From positions 24,738,001 to 24,802,000 of the forward strand of contig CM060734.1 of NCBI GenBank assembly GCA_030704615.1: 64,000 nucleotides of DNA, given 5' to 3'. Of the stretch, positions 37,601 through 49,903 are shown one piece after another (the stretch's first letter is position 1; every line of letters begins with the position of its first letter). The notes under the pieces are model-generated. The model had not been told where the DNA came from, did not search any database, and worked only from the letters and a program-made list of their open reading frames with translations. This DNA is from Takakia lepidozioides. Its lineage: Eukaryota > Plantae > Bryophyta. The position numbers were made by a program, and so were the translations under genes.

Positions 37601-40600
37601 GCAGGGCAACTACACATCCAGAATACGAAACTACCAAATTGACATTTATAGAATGCATAACAGTCACAAAGCAGCCCCTCACAGCCTCGGTTTCCTGCTG
37701 AGATAGAGAAAAAACGTTTAGGATCAACATATTACCATGCCAAAGAGGGAGAGTACATTGATGGCATCAACTGATGTCATGCCTCCAAGGGCAGCCTGGA
37801 GCATGGGTGCATGCGCTAGCAGCGAGTGGCTGCTCCCACCGCGGTTGTCTCCTACACCTGGAGGGGACAGCAGCCGAACTGCAAACCGCACTGCATGTTC
37901 CTGCAGCACACTTATCTTGTTATCAACAACTGGCAAGCTACTAACAACTGTGAGTACTCTTTCAAATGCATACCTTAATGCTTTTTCCTATATAAGCATG
38001 CAGGCAAGCAAAGACATCCTACAGTCACCCAGAACCAAGTAACACAACCAAGTGAACTGCACCAAAGCTTAACCTATCCTTGGTAGGTCTGTACCTGCAC
38101 ATTCCAGCTACGAGTGAGGGAGGCGCCACACAAGATACATGCTGCAGCTGCCCTTTCCTCTTCTGGCCCACTGATCGCAGTCTGGTAGACTTTCTCCAAC
38201 TCCGCTAAACTTCCGTAAAACAAAAATGCAAGACATCAGTTTTCCGTCTTCTTTGAAGTCCAAGCCCTTTCCCAATACCCAATTCCGGGTAGCACCAACA
38301 CAAGTACATCATTTCACAAAACAAAAGATATTACCTGACAATACTGCCAATCTCCAGAAGGGTAAGCTTACCTTCCAGCAGGGCTCAACATTAGAGCCGA
38401 GCGCAACGAGCCTGAGAGAGGGGCGCCATCCATAAATGCAGACCATGGAGATGGTTGAGAGGAAGATGGAGGGACGGAAAGATTGGCCACTGCTCCGCCA
38501 GTACCTAGCCAGAAATACGCCGTTGTGCCTAGTAACCCTCGTGTAATGCAGGCATCCACAATTAAATGTCGCATATTCCCCACTGCATACCCACACACCT
38601 GCACACTGGTGTGAGCATTGCAACTAAGTCCATCAACACACTGCATGTTGTGGTCTCCGTGCCCAGCATTGTCGAAGGGTAGCAAGCTTGTCTCCTATAG
38701 GTTCTGTCACTGCATAGATCTTGAAGTCATAATCCCTTCTAATCTGGAAGATACACAGCATCAACCTTCCGAAGTACCTTTGGAAAATCTATCGTTCAGA
38801 GGGAGAGTGCCAATCCTGTTTTCAGAGGAAGATGTAGTAAATACCCTTTACTTTCTTACCTCCTCACATTAACTGTGCTTCCATGGACACCTCTCAAGCA
38901 GTCAGTTGACCATCAGGTATCACAGCAGCATGTTCTGTAAGCTTCAGTAATGCCAAGTTGGCTACTATGATGATTGAGTCTGGACATACTCAGCCTTCAA
39001 AAACTCCACTTTGCCAGCAGAGGCAATAACAAGAAGCTTCAAGTGCTAAATCACCCCTCTTTATTAGAAAATGTACCACTGACTGGCTACAGATGACAGA
39101 CCTGCAGATTTTCCAGGTGTGGTGGGATCCCCACTCATACTTCCACCTCCGGAATTCACACTGGCAACAAACGCTGCCGCCTTCCCAGCCGCCTGATTCG
39201 CTGCAGTGACAGCCACGGAAGGAGGAGCTAGCAGAGATTCAAACTGACCCAAAATCTGCACACAGGACTCCAGAGCTGCACGGCGAGCGCCTACAATTTT
39301 TCGTTCTTTCTCATCTCCAGAGGTGTTCTCTGACCAGCCAGTGGCTCCTGCCTGAACCTTTTCTTCTTCATCAACAACAATGGCGATTGCCACTGGTACA
39401 ACAGCTAGCAGCATGCACATGCGTGATTCAACATGCGGATTTGGGCCCTCTACAGGCTCACGGTCCTGCACAAAACTCTCATGAACTAAGACAATTGAAC
39501 ACAAAAAGTTAAGAACAAAGCAGATCCATTTGCCTCAGAACCTGACATACCATGGTCTTTTGCTCTTCAAACGCTTTCACATGGTGCTTCTGTCCAAGCT
39601 GTCAGACATTCATTGAGATAAGCACTTGCAAACTTCATTCTTAGAAAGAAAGAGTCTGATCCTGTAACATCAGCTTCTCTATCTAGAATTGTCTGTGCAC
39701 ACATACCCGACTCACAAGACGTAGGGCTGCAGTCCAGAGGCCCATGAACAAGTCAAGCCAGTTGGCCCCTTGCACTGACTGTACAGCCTTCATCACATCT
39801 GGACCCACACCACAGTCCGCATGTCATATTTCTTTGCTACATGGGTGCAAGAACTCATAAAACTACTTCATCAGTTAGTGCACCATGCAAGGACTCAATC
39901 AAGCCTGAGGGTCTGGTACAATCTTGTAGACTGACTTTTCAGACCAACACCAGCATTGGTGAACACCAAACTCAATCCTCACCTAACTGTGCAGTAAAAT
40001 GCACACAATGGAACAAAATAAACTTAGTGTATACCCACCAGCAAGAATCTCCGCATTGGAAGTTGTTGAGAGACGGCGTCCTTCCATCGCTGCTTCCATG
40101 TAGATGTCGAAAGGGAGCCAAGCTGCAGTGCGCCCCAGGCCACTGGCATTTCCAAATGCCCAGGTACGTGAACTTGTGTTCAGCAGAGCACGTATAACTG
40201 GCAGTTGGGCCGGCCTCCACTCTTGGCGTAGGCCTTGCTGGATTGCGGCTGCCAAGCGGGCCAATGCTTCAGGGGCCTCCTTTGGTGCCATTGATGTTGG
40301 CTCACGTGTAAGTGCTTCCAGTAGCTGTAGTCTTTGCGCAAACATGCCCCACTGATCTGGCCTAATTCTCCAACATGTACAAAGTCAAATACATAGCCTT
40401 GTAGCAAGTCACCTACTTATCCACTTCACCATAGTTGCCTCTCTTTAATAAGCTGGGATCGCATGGTGGAGAAAAAAATGGTTGACTCTTACCGAAGCAA
40501 GCATAAATTATGGTGTCACTTCACCCCGAAGGCCTACTGCCAGGTGGACACCTTCTAACAGCCGCAACCGGGGCAACGCGGCTGCCCAAATCTTCCCCCA

Positions 40601-42743
40601 AGGACTCTGAAGTCTCCAGGTACACACACATTAGGTGGCCAGTTGACCCATCCACCCACTTTTTATATCTGGGTTGGCCATAATGGGTGACATCCAACAT
40701 AAACCTATGTGGCTTTGGACCCACGACCGCTTGTAAGGCGACTTTGTGCCCTTAGCACCTGGGCCATAAAAGGGACATAAAAGGGAGCTCATTAGGCTTT
40801 TTTACTCTCAGAGCAAAAACAAAGGTGAAGACTACATCCTCCACTATTGGCAATTGTGCATAGCCCCAGTAGCCCTGACTTTTCCAGCCACAGGGAAATT
40901 TTGACAACAAAGGGCCCCTAGCCAATGTTAAGTGTTTGAAAAAGTTTCACCATGATGGTGTTTGAGGAGGTACTTCAGTGAAATGCGGCAATTGAAAAAT
41001 TCATTCCAATCCGTAACTCACCAGCACAAGCATAAGCTGCACACCGGAATCCTAACTGAAAGATTACAGAGACCTCTCTTTGTTCCCTCAATACAATGGC
41101 AGAGACAAACACTCACAAGTTCCGGCGAGCAAGGCGGAGAAGTGCAGCAGAACGTTTATTGTGCATGATCTTCGCCATAAGATGAAGTGCAGCCAGGCTG
41201 TTACTCTTCGTCAGCTGCTCTAGTCTCTTTTCATCACTGTCATCATGCCCCTCGGATACCAAACTGTGCATCATCTGGCTGTGTAGGGAGCCTTTGTTCA
41301 ATTTATCAGCCCGCAATCCCCAATCCTCAGAAACTGCCTCTGCCAGCCTTGCTACCAAGGCAAACAGAAAATGCACAATGATCACTCCCACCTCTGTGAT
41401 GGGAGCTTCACTTGACTGTGACAGCTGCATTGCATGATCCACATCTTTGACAACCCTGTGTCCACAACCACATCCCTTAGCAGCCGCACCCCGGATTACA
41501 TTGAGTTGACAGATTATCTACTGTGCTGTAATATCGCATGGGTGATTTAAGAGTCTTTGGGAGAGATAAACAGGAAGAGAGGGGAGCAATATGCGAGCCC
41601 GAAAGGAGTTGCACAATGCTACTCCAACCATGCAATGAAGAAAAGCAGAAAAGCAAGGATGAGGGCAGGAACAACCTGCATGAGGTGGTGGAAGCTAGCT
41701 AACCTCAGCATATGTACAAAAACAGATTTATACTCTGAATGGCTATCACAAGAGGGCAAAAGGACATTACCTGTCCCGACAAGGCATGACCTTGGTCGAT
41801 GCAAGGGAGAAAGCAAAGGTGCCAGCTACCTCAACATACACACTATACATTTCAGGCTGCTGTTGCCGATTTGGAATAATTCTGCACACAGATTGAAATT
41901 TACAGACAGATTCAAACCCAAATTTGGGTCTCACAATTCAGCTCGCGTAACAAAGCAACTCTTCAAATTGAATCTACACAATGCACTGTTTGCTTCTACT
42001 TTGAGCAAAAGCTCTCTCTCTTTCTCTCTCCTAAATATATTTGATCAATGTTAACCAAAGCCTCTCATATACCTACAATTCCTACACCTTGAATCGTCTG
42101 TAACCCTCTGATATACCGAAGTATGCCACAGCAATGCTTCGGAGAGTGGTAACAGCTAACCCTGTCGGGGGGTGTTTAAGGCACTGTATGCTGGGGATCA
42201 ACCGGAAACTAAAAAGGTTAGCTTCTCTTCTCCTTTTGTCCAATCCGGTTTCCGTAATGTCTTTGCTGGAAGATGGATATATACACGAAAGGTTCTTCTT
42301 CTATGCTTTCCAGACAAAAAATGTAAATCTAACTCCGATTCCCGGGACATTGCCTCCGGCCAAACACCTTACTGTTCCGCAACGGAAACCGAAGAAAATG
42401 ACATGTTATTACGCAAAATCTAAAAGATTAGGTCCATGTCACATTGCTCAACCCCATAAACAAGAAGAAAACTTGAGAAAAATTACTTGGCCGTAAGAAG
42501 AGCAAGCATGTGGAGGGGAGACACAAAATGGGAAGACATGGCGTGGTGTATATACGACCACATTGTGGCGTTCCCAGCTGAAGCAACCAGGTGGTGCAGC
42601 AGCACATGGGAGAGGTCCACACTGGGCAATCCGATGCCCGCCTCGTGCACACAGGTGGCCACATCCACTGCCCACACCAAGGCAGCATCCTGCTGACTCA
42701 CCGCTGCCTTGGTCACGTCTACGATGCTCCGCCATGTCTGCAT
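34658..42743 (-). CDS. MED33: Mediator of RNA polymerase II transcription subunit 33 (MED5/REF4/RFR1 family), ~12 exons
   Basis: Approximate exons 42487-42743, 41771-41881, 41117-41455, 40039-40361, 39707-39799, 39101-39466, 38371-38586, 38095-38210, 37735-37900, 36724-37454, 36251-36456, 34658-35807. Motifs: REPVEGPNPHVESRMCMLL, GNMRHLIVDACI, LRDLVDYLPA, GPWPSMQVVAALWSQKVRRW, LAIALLERGG. Confidence 0.95.
40473..40775 (-). mobile_element. Longer SINE-related element in a MED33 intron, sharing the 3' domain of the SINE family
   Basis: Minus-strand 3' part AAGGTGTCCACCTGGCAGTAGGCCTTCGGGGTGAAGTGACACCATAATTTATGCT matches copies 1 and 2; degenerate A/B boxes; T tail. Confidence 0.6.
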
Positions 42744-43093
42744 CCTAAAAAGCTGGCTCTGTTGCTACAACCAGCCCTTCCATACCCACCATTGCCACCC
42801 GAGCAAGCTCATCGCAACCTGGACGACCACGCTAGTAGCTCCACACAACCCGCCTCTTGTCTGCAATCGATCGATAGCTGATGTGATCGTCTAATAAGAA
42901 GGCGGTGTTGTCGTGAGGGATTTGACCTAAAAGTCGTAATTCAGCTAGCCAATCCGAATCACAGAATATTGTAAACAGAAGAATCTGTAAATGATATATT
43001 CTATCCAAATATCTACAGGACCACTGGCAGGATGATACTTGGGGCGCCCACTCGAACGTGTGGCTCGTGCTTGCCTTTCTCTCTTCCCATAAG

Positions 43094-43466
43094 AGAGTTA
43101 TCCGTAAAGTGAGCCTGAGTTTGGTACCCTGTTTGGACCCGAGTTACGGGTTTCATCCTGAGTTTGAGTTAATCCGTAAAGTGCAGAAAACTGAGCACGA
43201 AGTCAGAAAAGAGGGCACCAAATCATAAACTGGGGATGAGGGCAACCGCTGCTATGGCGCGAGCTCACGAGCTCTGACCACCTCCGCCTCGACGACTAAC
43301 AAAGCACGGCACCAAACTCCTGCCACCCCCATTTTCCTAGTCCTGGCAGTTTGGTCCCGTGTTTTTTTCTAGTCGTACCGCTTGATCCTGAGTTTCGAGT
43401 TTGATACCGAGTTTTACCAAACTCAGGGTTCTCATGCCGAGTTTGGGACCCTTTACGGATAACTCT
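43094..43466. mobile_element. MITE in the divergent MED33/aldolase promoter region
   Basis: Perfect 16-bp TIR AGAGTTATCCGTAAAG / CTTTACGGATAACTCT; repeated internal CC(T)GAGTTT motifs. Confidence 0.8.
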
Positions 43467-43552
43467 AATCTTTACTCCTCCAGCTCCTGCAAATTACACA
43501 CCCAAGCTCTCCATTTCTGCACTTCAGAGTGTTTGTAAGAGACCACCTGACC

Positions 43553-46500
43553 ATGGCTCTAGCCGTGAGCAGCAACAAGTGCTATCATGCAGCTGCCGTT
43601 GTTGTGCCCCCAGCTGCAGTTACAGGTACTGTTCTGTCTTTCAGTTCTCTCCTGCTGGTTTGCTATCCTGCTTTCTGCATTGGAGTCTGTCTGGTGGAAA
43701 AATATGAGAATTGGGAGTGGTGGAATTGGGTTGGTGGCACATCAGGCCGGAGGGAAGGAACAGCTGGTGTGACGCGGAGCTGGTTTCTTGGCCATGGCGC
43801 TTTGGACAGCCGTGTAGCAGCGGGGCAACTGATCAGCCTGACTGGAAAGCGCTGTAAAACACAAATCGTGATGACCTCGGATTTCGAAAAGTGGAATCTT
43901 TACACGGAGGAGCTGAAGCGAACCGCAGCTTTCATTTCTCAGGCTGGGAAGGGAATTCTGGCATCGGATGAAAGCAATGCCACCACGGGAAAGCGGTGCG
44001 CACTCTTCTACCTAAGATTCTGGAACTGGTTTGAATTTTGCTGCTGTGTTGACGAGGAAGTCCAAAATTCTTCTGAATACGGGATTGAGTTTGCATGTCA
44101 ATAAAACAGTGATTTGACAGGGCGGGCCACAATTGGATGTGTGCTAAACTGTGGAGTTGTAGTCACTTGTGTGCTACCGCCCTCAAACATATTTACCGGA
44201 GTTGATATTGGAGATGTACTTTGAATGCGTTAGAACAATTTGGCCTGTTCTCTGTATGGAGAGGGAGAAAGGCAGAAAGGCAGAAAGGCAGAAAGGCATG
44301 ATTTTAAACGATAGTGCAGATTGTTGATTCTGAGGTTGGCATGGTGTTGAAACCCATTACGCAGCAGGCAAACCTTTCAGAGGAGAGCTTTTGTGAGAAT
44401 GGACTCTTTTGTTTTATCGGAAATTGGGTGGGCAGGCTGGCGACAGTAGGCCTGGAAAACATGGTGGATAACAGGCAAGCCTGGCGTGAGCTGCTCTACT
44501 CTGCTCCAGGGCAATGTATTGTACTCTTTTACGCTAACTTGCACGAAGTCGATCTCGCAGCTCTTTCGGGGATTTTGGTAGATATTTGGTGTCTTGAAAC
44601 TCTGAGCGACTCTAGTAGTTGCAGCATGAATGTGAACTCTGTGCAATAGCTTTATATCGACCATGGCTCACAGGGAAGAGGAGCTAGCATCCATGGTTAT
44701 ATCATTGAATAAGATGTGTGGGTTATAGCAGTATATAAGTGGCACCATCATGTTCGAGGAGACACTGTTCCAGTCATCACGGGCAGGGGTTCCATTTGTG
44801 GAGGTGTTGAAGCAGCAAGGCATTCTGCCAGGTATAAAGGTGGACACAGGCCTGCAGACCATTGATGGCACTGATGGGGAAACTGCAACACAGGGCCTGG
44901 ATGGTCTTGCTGATCGCTGCAAAAGGTACATTTCTTGTGCTGCCACCCCTGCCTAAAAATTGTTATGGGCAGATGGATTTCTAACTGTTGAACATATTTG
45001 CGGCTTTGACTTCAATAGGTGCTATCAACAGGGTGCCTGACTTGCGAAGTGGCGCGCAGTGATAAAGGTGGACTCAGACAAATTCCCTTCATCTACGGCC
45101 ATACTTGAAAATGCACACGGTCTAGCCCGGTATGCTCAAATCTGCCAGGTACGTCTGTTGCTCCTACAATGTTACTGGACCTCAGTATCTAATGGCCAAA
45201 TTTCAGCTAATTGTAGTCATTTTGTACTCTTGTGGGAGGACAACTGTTGTGTCTTAGCAGATTGATACAGGAAGAGAGAAAGGGAGTAGGAGCCGTGGCC
45301 AGGACAGCCTAGAAGAGCAGCGTCAATGCTTGATGCAAAGTCACAGATTCGAAGGTTTGAGTGTAAACAGCGGGTTTATGGAATACAGTTGACCTGCAGG
45401 CAAATGGTCTTGTCCCAATTGTTGAGCCAGAGGTGACACTTGGTCCTGGTGACTACAGGTACAATGTAGTGCTAATACCCCCAACATTCCTCCCAGTTCA
45501 TTTCACAGTGCTTTTCCAGCTTCTCATTCTGAACCTGGCCATTTCATCTTCAATCGCATGGACATTTGCCCTTTCATATGTTAGTCCTATTGTGGCAGCA
45601 TTGAACGAACTGCATACATTTCGGAGGAGGTCAATTCGCACTTCTTCCGATTTTTAAATGAGTACAAGTAAGCAGCAACTCACTGACTTCAATTACCACC
45701 TTCAGAATGTTGTTAGTTGCAACTATTTTCACAAGTTTGCAGTTGTTAAAATTCTGAACAGGCTATGTATGTTGCATTCCAAGAATGCATTGCTTACCAG
45801 CTACCCAACGAAACGAATCTCACTCTGATTGTCATGATTCTCTGTGAAATTTTTGTCCAATGCACCAGTGTTATTTTGGAGGGCATCCTGCTAAAGCCCA
45901 ACATGATACTCCCAGGTATGGCAATTGCCCTGCAATTGGTGATTATACCTGTAACAGTAAGGAAGTGCAGGGAAAGAGAGGGTCCAAATGCAGACTCTAT
46001 TCATCAAATAGCAAGGTCACACAGCTGTTCAATCTTTTCCTTGGTCTAATACAATGAGGATCCACCATGACAAGGCCATAACCATATCAAGGGGCTCTTG
46101 CACTACAAAAGTATGGTAGCAACATAATGCAAATGTCAAGAACAGCAAAGGGCATTGTCGCAAGATTACTCTGGTCATGTGTGAGGTGGAACTATCCAGC
46201 TGGGCAAGTATGGAGTGCTGACTGTGGGAGACGTGGGATGGAACAGGTTTGGATGTGCCCACACTACCACCTGAAGAGGTGGCGCGCTACACCGTGCGCA
46301 CCATGTTGCGCTCCATCCCGGCTGCTGTTCCTGGTATACACTGCAAAACAGCACTTAGGGTTGCCATGTGGGTTTGTAGTTGCCTGCAGAGGGAGCCAAG
46401 AATCTCTGATTGATAGGCCTCGCAAGAGTGTGTCTTCCCAGTATGGCTGTTATCACAAACTGAAGGACGGTTAACCGGAGTTATATGAACTCAGGACAAA

Positions 46501-47317
46501 TGACTATTTCAGTACCTTGAGAATTAATTGCTTCCATCAGACTATATATGTGGATATGGTGTTTTGCAGGTATTCACTTTCTTTCGGGAGGAATGAGCAA
46601 GGAGGAAGCAACCTTAAACTTCCAGGCTCTTCAGGTGGACCTTTCTACCAAAATCTGTTCTAAGGTGGTTGGATGCCAGATGATGCTGGTGATAGCTGCA
46701 TTGCTGCATCATGTAGAGGGTCAAGTTATCGATTGTGTCAGGCATAACGGGATCTACGCAATTTCCACCTGACAAAAGCCTCCCTAACACCTCAGTGGCG
46801 GCATGATGTGTATAAACAGGCGTTTGGACCCACTCCCTGGTCTTTGACTTCCTCTTATGGTCGTGCTCTGCAATCCAGCACTCTCAAGATGTGGTCGGGG
46901 AAGGTAAGTGCCGTTGATTCATCCTGTAGTTGAAGATGAGGCTCCAGTCGAAAAATATCATTTGAAGAGGAGCTGTTTGCCAGCTTGTGTTTCTCAAATG
47001 TAAATGCCTGCTACGCCTATGCTGAATCTCCTGTAGTGCTTGTTCAGGAGGAGGATTGGAAAGCAGCACAGGAGAGGTTTGTGGCACTTGCCAAAGCTAT
47101 AACTCAGAAGCCCAGGCAAGTGCTGATTCTTCTCTTCTTTTTATCATAGAGGTACAAAGTTTTGAGGCATCATTAGCCTGTAAGCTGATATTATCACTCT
47201 CTAAATTTCTGCATGGCTTTGACAATTTTGCAGCTGGGGAGGTACACAGGATCTCATCCTTCACCTGGTGGGACAGGGATCCTTCAAGCTCTAAGACTTG
47301 GAGGAATTGGGAAATAA
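43553..47317 (+). pseudogene. FBA: Class I fructose-bisphosphate aldolase, plastid-type, disrupted
   Basis: Spliced motifs [73 protein letters not shown]. In-frame TGA at 45038-45040 (GA*LAKWR versus GARFAKWR) and a 2-nt insertion near 47098. Confidence 0.88.
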
Positions 47318-47808
47318 TATCTCTCATCATCTCCATGCAGTTTTAACTAGCTTCAGCTACATCTTCAACATACAGCAGGTTACACAATGGTAAATTTTGA
47401 TCAGTTTAAAGTTATGCTATCAATTTGGAAAAGCTCTCAACTACTTTCTTTAATGGTTGGGGGTTTCTTGCAACTGGATGATTGAGATTGGTGTGTTTAG
47501 GCAATGAAGAAAATCACATGTCATGATTAACATTTTGCATTGACCTACATAACTTCAACATAGTAATTGCCTTGATGTTGTTGTATTGTCTGTATTTATC
47601 ATGCCACTTGAATAATTATTTTCAGAGTTCAACTGAAAAGTATGAGTTTTTCTACCAGTTAGTCAGTTGAGCACATGACACAAAATGCACAAATGCTCGT
47701 ACATCCCAATTTTAAGCACCATTTACTCAAATCTCGCAATGTACACTTTCCAGGGAGTTTATGAGGTAAATATCTGCAAACCTGCCAATCCTAGCTTAAT
47801 CCATTGCA

Positions 47809-49441
47809 CTAACATCTACTCTCCCACTTCATCATTCTCCCTTTTCCTTGCTGCAAAAACTCTGCACTTTTTTCAAAAATGTCAGGTTTATGACTGTAGT
47901 CTGCAGCAGATTTTCCACCATCTTCCTGTAACATTCTGTCCAAGTCCAGCTGCTCTGGATTGATGCAAATTCCTGTGGAAGTGGGTGAATTACCGGCCAC
48001 TGCTTCCTGCAGCTTCAGATTGAGGCCTATACCTTCTCCCTGCTCTCCCACCTCACCACCGGCATATACTCTCCAATCCCTCCCGCTCTTTGTAAAGAAA
48101 CTCCTCCCCACACTTTCACTTGTAGCACTTGTCATTGATGCTGCAGTTTGTTGTCCATCAGCATCAACTAAATTATTAGATGTTTCCAAGTATTGTTCTT
48201 CAATGGCCTCTATTTCTCCCACAATATCACCTGCCACAGCATCAGGCCCTTGCTCATTTCTGTCATGCGGCCTTCTTTGACTTGGAAGAGGAGTCTCTGA
48301 AGTGCAATCTGCAACGGTACTCCCTGAGACCTCCTTCACTGAATTATCCCCTGCATGTCTAACCCCTGACCTGAGCATCTCCTGTCTGTCGTTGAGAACA
48401 TTATTTTCTGGAGTAACTTGCTCATGATCAACCATGTACTCAAAACCTTCATTGAGACTAGACTTATTCGACACTGAACCTACGAAACTGGATGCAGGAA
48501 ATGGGCTTGTTGCATCACCTCTCATACTGTTCCCGTGGCCCTGAGCTTCTGAATGCAGAACGTCTTCAAAGAAATCATTGACATCAATAGTCTGACAACA
48601 AAAAGAAAAAGAGAAGGACAGGAAAAATGTCAGATGATCACCCAGCAGCAGTACAAGCTTCTCATCGATTAGAGCATAGTATTTCTACTCACAAAAGATT
48701 AGACGAGCTGAGAGATTAAACTGAGAAGACAAGTATTCAATATTGACGAGCGCTCCTCCAGCAGTCACCCTTATGTACTCGATACTCACGGACACCCTTC
48801 TCTCCGGCGAACCGGTCTAACCCTGTGCAACTACGCCCCCGCTACTTAAAGCTGCAAGCGCCATTCCAGCTGAAATACTCGCACAGTTCTTCCAAGTATT
48901 TCCCGCTTAAGCATATCAAATGTCTGTTCTCGTGATCGAATATAACTCCGGTCGAGCGTGGAAATGCTTGTTGCCAGCACGAAAGCAGGCAATGGAGAAT
49001 CACCAGCTGAAGCACATAACGGACACAATATATAAACTCATTACATCTACTTGATAGAACGAGAGACACAACAACGATATCCCTGCTTTTCATTCCGAAG
49101 TATTTCACCTTTGAGTTGTTGTCGTTGGAACCAGAGGCAGTACCCACAACTTTCAGGCAATGAGACGAACGTGCGCGGAGGGGAGAACCCGACACTGGTG
49201 AGGATTTGGAATTTTTCCTGCACATTCTTTGTGCCGGTAATGCAGCTGGACTCCTCTTCTCAGTTTGAAACTTGAGCAGGTGTTGTGGTGCCAAACGAGA
49301 GCTTATTGCTCCTATACTGCTTCTACTAGGGCGGTGGAGCTTCAAACAGGAAGAGGTATGAAATGAAGCAGTCTCCGTGAGACGAACTTCCTTTGCCGGA
49401 ATGCCAACCTTCACTACTCCTTCCAGTCTGCAAGTTGCCAT
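47809..49441 (-). CDS. Unknown protein with putative plastid transit peptide, 3 exons
   Basis: Exons 49109-49441 (Ser/Arg-rich N-terminus), 48790-48816 (TGSPERRVS) and 47809-48591 (TIDVNDFFEDVL...); all phase-0 GT-AG joins stay open. Confidence 0.6.
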
Positions 49442-49781
49442 TGCGCCACGACAGAACCTTCTGCCTACACTACTCTCTTATTTGTTTCCAAAGCTTACAA
49501 ACCAAAGCCTTTCAGACAGCTTGTCGGCCTGCCACCTCTCTGTCTGTGCGAGGATGGCGAAGCTGGTGAGGAAGGCACGCGGCCACGCCGCCCCAAGTGC
49601 ATGGGAAGATCGCAGATAGGCGCCACGAGGCGCAAAATCTGCTCGTGCAGCTGGCTGCCCCTGCACAAGTGCCACCTCCCTACAAAATCATCGTCCTTCT
49701 CCCGCCCAGAAAACTTCGAAGAAACAGACTTTTGGGTTGACCTCTGTGACTCAGAGATCTGTGCGACCTAATTAAGTATTA

Positions 49782-49903
49782 GGTAACGTCCATTGGGAGC
49801 CACGTTACCTGGGATAATCTGCCGAAGAGCCAGCGAGCGGCGGGAGCCGCGAGTGCTCTACGGCAGATTATCCCAGGTGACGTGGCGACCAATGGACGTT
49901 GCC
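49782..49903. repeat. Long cruciform/hairpin upstream of the recombinase gene
   Basis: Arms 49782-49830 and 49855-49903 (44/49 complementary), with inner GCGGC-GGGA-GCCGC hairpin. Confidence 0.9.

Noticed and set aside
42134-42430. Possible organellar-derived insert in MED33 intron 1
   Set aside because: The sequence looked distinct, but I could not match it to any organellar gene.
45038-45043. RNA editing or selenocysteine rescue of the aldolase TGA
   Set aside because: The gene is nuclear and spliced, plant C/U editing is organellar, and an independent frameshift and other lesions point to pseudogenisation.
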